In this document: positions 59,486 through 64,000 of the stretch, piece by piece
Position numbering within the stretch: position 1 is the first letter of the stretch
How the letters are laid out: each line of letters starts with the position of its first letter
Assembly (NCBI GenBank): GCA_035438265.1
Contig: DAORIB010000002.1
Location: 3,895 to 67,894 of the forward strand
Length of the DNA: 64,000 nt
Direction of reading: 5' to 3'
Origin: Ferruginibacter sp.
Lineage (GTDB): Bacteria > Bacteroidota > Bacteroidia > Chitinophagales > Chitinophagaceae
Position numbers and translations under genes: made by a program
Notes under the pieces: generated by a model
The model's input: only the letters and a program-made list of their open reading frames with translations
Database searches by the model: none
Told to the model about the DNA's origin: nothing

Positions 59486-59489
59486 GCGC

Positions 59490-60473
59490 ATGAAAAATGT
59501 AGCGATCCTTGTTCCGGAAAGTTCGGTTTTGCAGGCCATTGCCGATCCGCAGTACTGCTTCAGCGCTGTAAATCAATTCATGGCGGCTTCGGGAAGGAAG
59601 CCACTATTCAATGTACAACTCGTTGGGGCAAAAAAAGAGGTCAGGCTCAACGGGGGAACCTATTCCATTCACCCGGATAAACTGTTGAAAGAAGTAAAAA
59701 AAGCGGACCTGGTCTTCATTCCTGCTTTGTTCGGGGATATGGAAGCAGCCGTGAAATCCAACCGTGTACTCAGCCCCTGGATAGTGGACCAGTATAAAAA
59801 AGGAGCTGAAGTGGCGTCGCTTTGTGTGGGCGCTTTTTTGCTGGCGTCTACCGGGCTGCTGAACGGAAAGAAATGTTCAACCCATTGGGGATTTACCAAT
59901 GAGTTCAGGGACATGTTTCCCGAAGTGGAGGTGCAGGATGGCAGCATTGTTACCGAAGAAAACGGAATCTATTCAAGTGGTGGCGCCAATTCATACTGGA
60001 ACCTTTTGCTGCACCTGGTGGAAAAATATACCGACCGGGAAACGGCCATTCTTGCCTCCAAGTATTTTGCCATCGATATTGACCGCAGCAGCCAGTCGGC
60101 CTTTGCCATCTTTAAAGGACAGAAAGAACACAAGGATGATGCGGTAAAAAAGGCACAGGAGTATATTGAACAGCACATCGAAGACAAGATAAACGTGGAT
60201 GAACTGGCAGCATCAGTGTCGGTAGGGCGGCGCAGTTTTGAACGACGGTTCAGGATGGCTACCAGTAATTCGGTACTGGAATACGTACAGCGCATCAAGA
60301 TAGAAGCAGCCAAGCGGAGTTTTGAAACCAGCCGGAAGAATATCAACGAAGTGATGTTCAATGTAGGGTATACCGATACCAAGGGTTTCCGCACTACGTT
60401 CAAAAAAATAACCGGCCTCACACCGGTTGAATACCGGAATAAATACAACAAGATGGCAGCGGTGAATCAATAA
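59490..60473 (+). CDS. GlxA-family transcriptional regulator (DJ-1/PfpI + AraC HTH)
   Basis: SLCVGAFLLA, STHW, SSGG, RSFERRF, VGYTD...FKKITGLTP. Confidence 0.93.
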   Translation: MKNVAILVPESSVLQAIADPQYCFSAVNQFMAASGRKPLFNVQLVGAKKEVRLNGGTYSIHPDKLLKEVKKADLVFIPALFGDMEAAVKSNRVLSPWIVDQYKKGAEVASLCVGAFLLASTGLLNGKKCSTHWGFTNEFRDMFPEVEVQDGSIVTEENGIYSSGGANSYWNLLLHLVEKYTDRETAILASKYFAIDIDRSSQSAFAIFKGQKEHKDDAVKKAQEYIEQHIEDKINVDELAASVSVGRRSFERRFRMATSNSVLEYVQRIKIEAAKRSFETSRKNINEVMFNVGYTDTKGFRTTFKKITGLTPVEYRNKYNKMAAVNQ

Positions 60474-60769
60474 TCCATCGTCACAATTTTTGTATCTTTT
60501 CTGAGCGGTTGTTTCTTCCAATAAGTTAAACTTCGCCATACCCATTCCATCGGACCAAAGCGGAAGTAACGCAGCCAGATATAGCTCCCAATTATTTCCA
60601 CCCGCCACAGGCCGGCCACTACATAATACAACTGGTGGTATTCCAGTCAGCAGAACATGCCTGCCCCGAACAGCATGGAGAAGATTCCACACAGGCAGTC
60701 GATGACCGTGATTCTTTCCTGTTCACCAATGGGCCCCATCAGCACCTGCAGTATTTGTTCATTTGACGT
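60467..60769 (-). pseudogene. Internally deleted DUF418 (YeiB-like) membrane protein remnant
   Basis: One frame reads ...ERITVIDCLCG-IFSMLFGAG-MFC*LEYHQLYY...WLRYFRFGPMEWVWRSLTYWKKQP...*. There is an in-frame TGA at 60649-60647 and no ATG start (ACG at 60769). Confidence 0.75.
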
Positions 60770-60824
60770 TACAGTAGTTTTGTTTACCCGGGTAAGAAAT
60801 GATTTTTTAATGGAAGAACAAAGC

Positions 60825-60855
60825 AAAAAAAAACCGCAGCCTGCTGGCTGCGGTT
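60825..60855 (-). terminator. Rho-independent terminator after M1 peptidase
   Basis: AACCGCAGCC-tgct-GGCTGCGGTT with an A run on the plus-strand left side. Confidence 0.85.
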
Positions 60856-60872
60856 ATCATATGATGAGTGAG

Positions 60873-62837
60873 TTAGTTTGATTGCCAGCTGTTGTTTTTG
60901 AAGTTTACATCCGGGAAAACCTTTTCGGCATCCAGGGTAACGTTCTTCAGTTCTTCGGTGGTGGGCAGTTTTACTTTCCAGTTGTTGGTGTTGTTCCAGA
61001 CTTCTACCGGAAGTTTCACGGTTCCCTTCACGCCGCTTTTTGTTTCATAGCTGATATTGGTGGGCAGGGCCATCTGTTCCATGTTTACAATGTTTACGAT
61101 GGCTCCTTTGGAAGCGTCGTTGCTGTCGTACGTTACCGAAGCAATCGCCTGGTCAAATTTATAGTTTTCGACGAACCAGGCTTTCCAGAACCAGTGCAGG
61201 TCTTCACCCGCCACGTTTTCCATGGTGCGGAAGAAATCCCAGGGGGTTGGGTGCTTAAATGCCCAGCGTTTGATGTATTCGCGGAAAGCATAATCAAAAC
61301 GGTCGGGACCCAGGATTTCCTTGCGCAGTAAAGACAATCCCAAACCGGGCTTGAAATACAGGCACACACCGATGTTCCTTTCCTTCATCGCATCGGGTGT
61401 AAGCATAATGGGTTCGCTGCCGTCGGCAAACAGGAAACGGGCTACCTGTTCCATATTGGATGCATCTTCTTTGTATTCGCCGTTGTTAAAATCATCGTCG
61501 GCCAGGGAGTTGATGAAGGTGTTGAAACCTTCGTCCATCCAGCCGTATTTCCGTTCGTTGCTTCCCACGATCATCGGGAACCAGGTATGACCGAATTCGT
61601 GATCGGTAACTCCAAACAGGTCGGCCTCCTGTGCATTGGATCCGCAGAAAACGATGCCGGGATATTCCATGCCGCCGATGTTGGTGGCCACATTCACTGC
61701 GCAGGGATACGGAAATTCAAACCAGCGTTTGCTGTAATTCTCTATACTTCCCTTGGTATATTCTGTTGCCCTTCCCCATCCTTTTGCCCCATCACTTTCC
61801 ACCGGGTAAACACTCATGGCCAATCCCGTTTTGCCGCTGGGCAGGTTCATTTTCGCCGCATCCCAGATAAAGCTTTTGCTGCTGCTCCAGGCCACGTCTC
61901 TTGAATTGTTTATTTTAAAATGCCAGCTGAGTGTTTTCGTTTTTGATGGCCGCGAGGAGGCCTCGGTAACTTCGGAAGCCGAGCGGATGATCACGGTTTT
62001 ATCACTTTTCTTAGCCTGCGCCATTCGGGTAAGCTGTGCAGGAGTGAGTACTTCTGCTTCGTTCAGCAGTTCGCCGCTGCATACCACGATATGTGTTGAT
62101 GGTGCATTGATGGTTACGTCAAAATCGCCATACTCGCAGTAAAATTCACTGGGTCCCAGGTAGGGTAAGGTATTCCATCCTTCCACGTCATCGAACACAC
62201 ACATGCGGGGAAACCATTGTGCCACGGCAAAGATGTTCCCGTTCTTTGTTTTAAGGATACCACAGCGGTCGGCTCCGTATTCAGGCAGGGTAAAAGAATA
62301 TTCAATCTTTATTTTTGTTATATCCCCGCCCGGCTTCATGGCTTTGGGGAGGCGGATCTGCATGCGGGTATCGGTAATCACGTAGTTGGCATCGGCATTT
62401 TCATTCACCAGTTTTACCGAGCTGATTTTGTAACCCCCATTGAAATTACTCTTGCTGTCGCCATACCGGCTTCGGCTGTTGAGCGGCATGCGTGCCTGTC
62501 CGCGGCTTTCTTTATTGAAAAGATTCTGGTCGAGCTGCAGCCAAAGGAATGGCAAAGCATGGGGACTGTTATTTTTATAAGTGATTGTTACCGTGCCGGT
62601 GATCTGGTTGGTCTCATCGTTCAAGGAAGCGGAAATTACATAATCGGCTTTGTTCTGCCAGTATCCTACATTGGGTTCGCCGGTGGCGGCCCGGCTGATG
62701 GTTCCGGGGAAGCTGTAAAAAGTGGGCCCGAATAACGCATGCGGGTCATACTTTGATTGTTTGATGAGGTCATCCTGCGCCTGCGATGACAGTGCAATGA
62801 TGCCCGAAGCCAGAAAGCTGAAAATCTTTTTTATCAT
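60873..62837 (-). CDS. M1 family zinc aminopeptidase, exported
   Basis: Signal peptide, GGMEYP, HEFGH-18-E (WMDEG), YFKPG. Confidence 0.92.
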   Translation of the reverse strand: MIKKIFSFLASGIIALSSQAQDDLIKQSKYDPHALFGPTFYSFPGTISRAATGEPNVGYWQNKADYVISASLNDETNQITGTVTITYKNNSPHALPFLWLQLDQNLFNKESRGQARMPLNSRSRYGDSKSNFNGGYKISSVKLVNENADANYVITDTRMQIRLPKAMKPGGDITKIKIEYSFTLPEYGADRCGILKTKNGNIFAVAQWFPRMCVFDDVEGWNTLPYLGPSEFYCEYGDFDVTINAPSTHIVVCSGELLNEAEVLTPAQLTRMAQAKKSDKTVIIRSASEVTEASSRPSKTKTLSWHFKINNSRDVAWSSSKSFIWDAAKMNLPSGKTGLAMSVYPVESDGAKGWGRATEYTKGSIENYSKRWFEFPYPCAVNVATNIGGMEYPGIVFCGSNAQEADLFGVTDHEFGHTWFPMIVGSNERKYGWMDEGFNTFINSLADDDFNNGEYKEDASNMEQVARFLFADGSEPIMLTPDAMKERNIGVCLYFKPGLGLSLLRKEILGPDRFDYAFREYIKRWAFKHPTPWDFFRTMENVAGEDLHWFWKAWFVENYKFDQAIASVTYDSNDASKGAIVNIVNMEQMALPTNISYETKSGVKGTVKLPVEVWNNTNNWKVKLPTTEELKNVTLDAEKVFPDVNFKNNSWQSN

Positions 62838-62918
62838 AAAGGAAGTTTAATGTTCCGAAGGTAAATAAATCGCCGGGGAAATACGTGCCGTTTAACACAG
62901 AATTGCACAGGTAAACAG

Positions 62919-63272
62919 TTAAAAGCCTTTCAGGTACTGAACGGCTACCGATCCCTGCATGCCCGCAACAGGCGGGCCTTTCTTTTCTATGGAAACGGCG
63001 ATGCGCTGGATACGCTTGTCCGATTCAGCAATTTCATCTGCAATCTCTTTTGCTACTGTTTCCAGAAGCGGTGTGGGAATGGCCATCCGTTTCTTCACGA
63101 TATCGTAAACAGAAACATAATTAACGGTTTCCTCTATTTTGTTCACTCCGTCAACATAGGTTTTCAATGAGCAACTCAGGTTTACGATAAAGCTATTTCC
63201 CAATATCCGTTCTTCTTCATGAATGCCATGATGAGCAAAGAATTCAAGGTTATTAAGCTGGATAACGAACAT
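62919..63272 (-). CDS. folB: Dihydroneopterin aldolase
   Basis: FAHHGIHEEE, TVNY, LLETVA, IEKKGPP. Confidence 0.9.
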   Translation of the reverse strand: MFVIQLNNLEFFAHHGIHEEERILGNSFIVNLSCSLKTYVDGVNKIEETVNYVSVYDIVKKRMAIPTPLLETVAKEIADEIAESDKRIQRIAVSIEKKGPPVAGMQGSVAVQYLKGF

Positions 63273-63364
63273 GACAATTGAGAATTAAAAAAATAATTCT
63301 TTAGGGCTAAAGCGTGACAGGCAGTTTGCAACCATCACCAATTAAGTACATTATTAATCATTAA

Positions 63365-64000
63365 TTAGTGAAGCCCCTTTTCTCCCAGGTAACGTTCAGC
63401 ATCCAGGGCGGCCATGCAGCCGCTGCCTGCAGCCGTTACAGCCTGGCGGTAAATTTTATCCTGTACATCGCCGGAAGCGAATACACCTTCTATATTTGTT
63501 TTAGAAGAACCGGGAATGGTTTTGATATAACCGGCTTCATCCATATCGAGCCAGCCTTTGAAGATATCCGAGTTGGGCTGGTGACCGATGGCTACAAAGA
63601 AAGCGCTGACGGGTATCTCCTGCTTCTCTCCCGTTTTATTGTTTTTGATGCGTACGGCACTCACATTTTTATCACCAATCACTTCATCGGTTTCGCTGTT
63701 CCAGTAAATTTTTATGTTGGCCGTATTCTTTACCCGTTCCTGCATTACTTTGCTGGCACGCATTTCATCACGGCGTACAATCATGTGCACCTGTGAACAT
63801 ATTTTGGAAAGATAAAGCGCTTCTTCAGCAGCAGTGTCCCCCGCACCTACAATTGCCACTTCTTTTCCTTTAAAGAAGAATCCATCGCAAACCGCACAGG
63901 CACTTACACCATAGCCATTCAGCCGCTGTTCGCTTTCGATGCCGAGCCATTTGGCTGAAGCGCCGGTGGAGATGATCACCGAATCGGCTTCAATCCATTT
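63365..64000 (-). CDS. trxB: Thioredoxin-disulfide reductase; 5' end lies outside the window
   Basis: GVSACAVCDGFF, VGAGDTAAEE, FASGDVQD, YRQAVTAAGSGC. Confidence 0.96.
   Translation of the reverse strand, partial: KWIEADSVIISTGASAKWLGIESEQRLNGYGVSACAVCDGFFFKGKEVAIVGAGDTAAEEALYLSKICSQVHMIVRRDEMRASKVMQERVKNTANIKIYWNSETDEVIGDKNVSAVRIKNNKTGEKQEIPVSAFFVAIGHQPNSDIFKGWLDMDEAGYIKTIPGSSKTNIEGVFASGDVQDKIYRQAVTAAGSGCMAALDAERYLGEKGLH

Noticed and set aside
60647-60649. In-frame TGA as selenocysteine or programmed readthrough
   Set aside because: No SECIS-like hairpin is evident, the position is not a catalytic Cys site, and the gene is otherwise decayed.
60213-60692. 159-aa minus-strand ORF in the track
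   Set aside because: Wrong frame. The DUF418 similarity is in a different frame, and this ORF overlaps the AraC gene antisense.

Overview
64 kb of chromosomal DNA from a Bacteroidota genome, most likely Chitinophagaceae. This is inferred from the TAnnTTTG -7 promoters, T9SS C-terminal sorting domains and the Bacteroidota-type sdhCAB. It carries housekeeping genes (murQ, sdhCAB, holA, ribF, purM, ftsE, rpsO-pnp, prmA, plsY, gyrA, lpxK, rsmD, folB, trxB) interleaved with accessory clusters. I found no tRNA, rRNA, CRISPR array or transposase. Main points: (1) A 13 kb minus-strand cluster (9891-22770) holds two T9SS-exported PQQ-type sugar dehydrogenases, two YceI proteins, a propeller-sensor kinase/LytTR pair, an OB-fold protein, a DUF5777-like beta-barrel and three lipoprotein c-type cytochromes. 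Three of their four haem motifs are non-canonical CX4CH, and one haem sits at the tip of a five-repeat SprB-like stalk. A perfect 14-bp direct repeat with a 21-bp period precedes the cytochrome genes. This is a candidate sugar-responsive envelope electron-transfer system. (2) A XerCD dif-like site (48643-48670) lies in a gene-free AT-rich gap after gyrA, with GGGNAGGG octamers mostly pointing towards it from both sides, so the window probably spans the replication terminus. (3) A BlaI/M56 pair has tandem palindromic operators and a sensor fused to GldM-like and TonB-C domains. (4) An ECF sigma/anti-sigma/Spy/MauG-like locus has a duplicated promoter motif. (5) A GlxA-like AraC regulator lies divergent from a seven-gene VOC/SRPBCC operon. 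(6) There is a deletion-collapsed DUF418 pseudogene that the ORF track missed, a glycosyltransferase inserted inside sdhCAB, heptamer repeats invading coding sequence, and putative leaderless mRNAs. All family calls come from motif recognition by eye; no database search was run.
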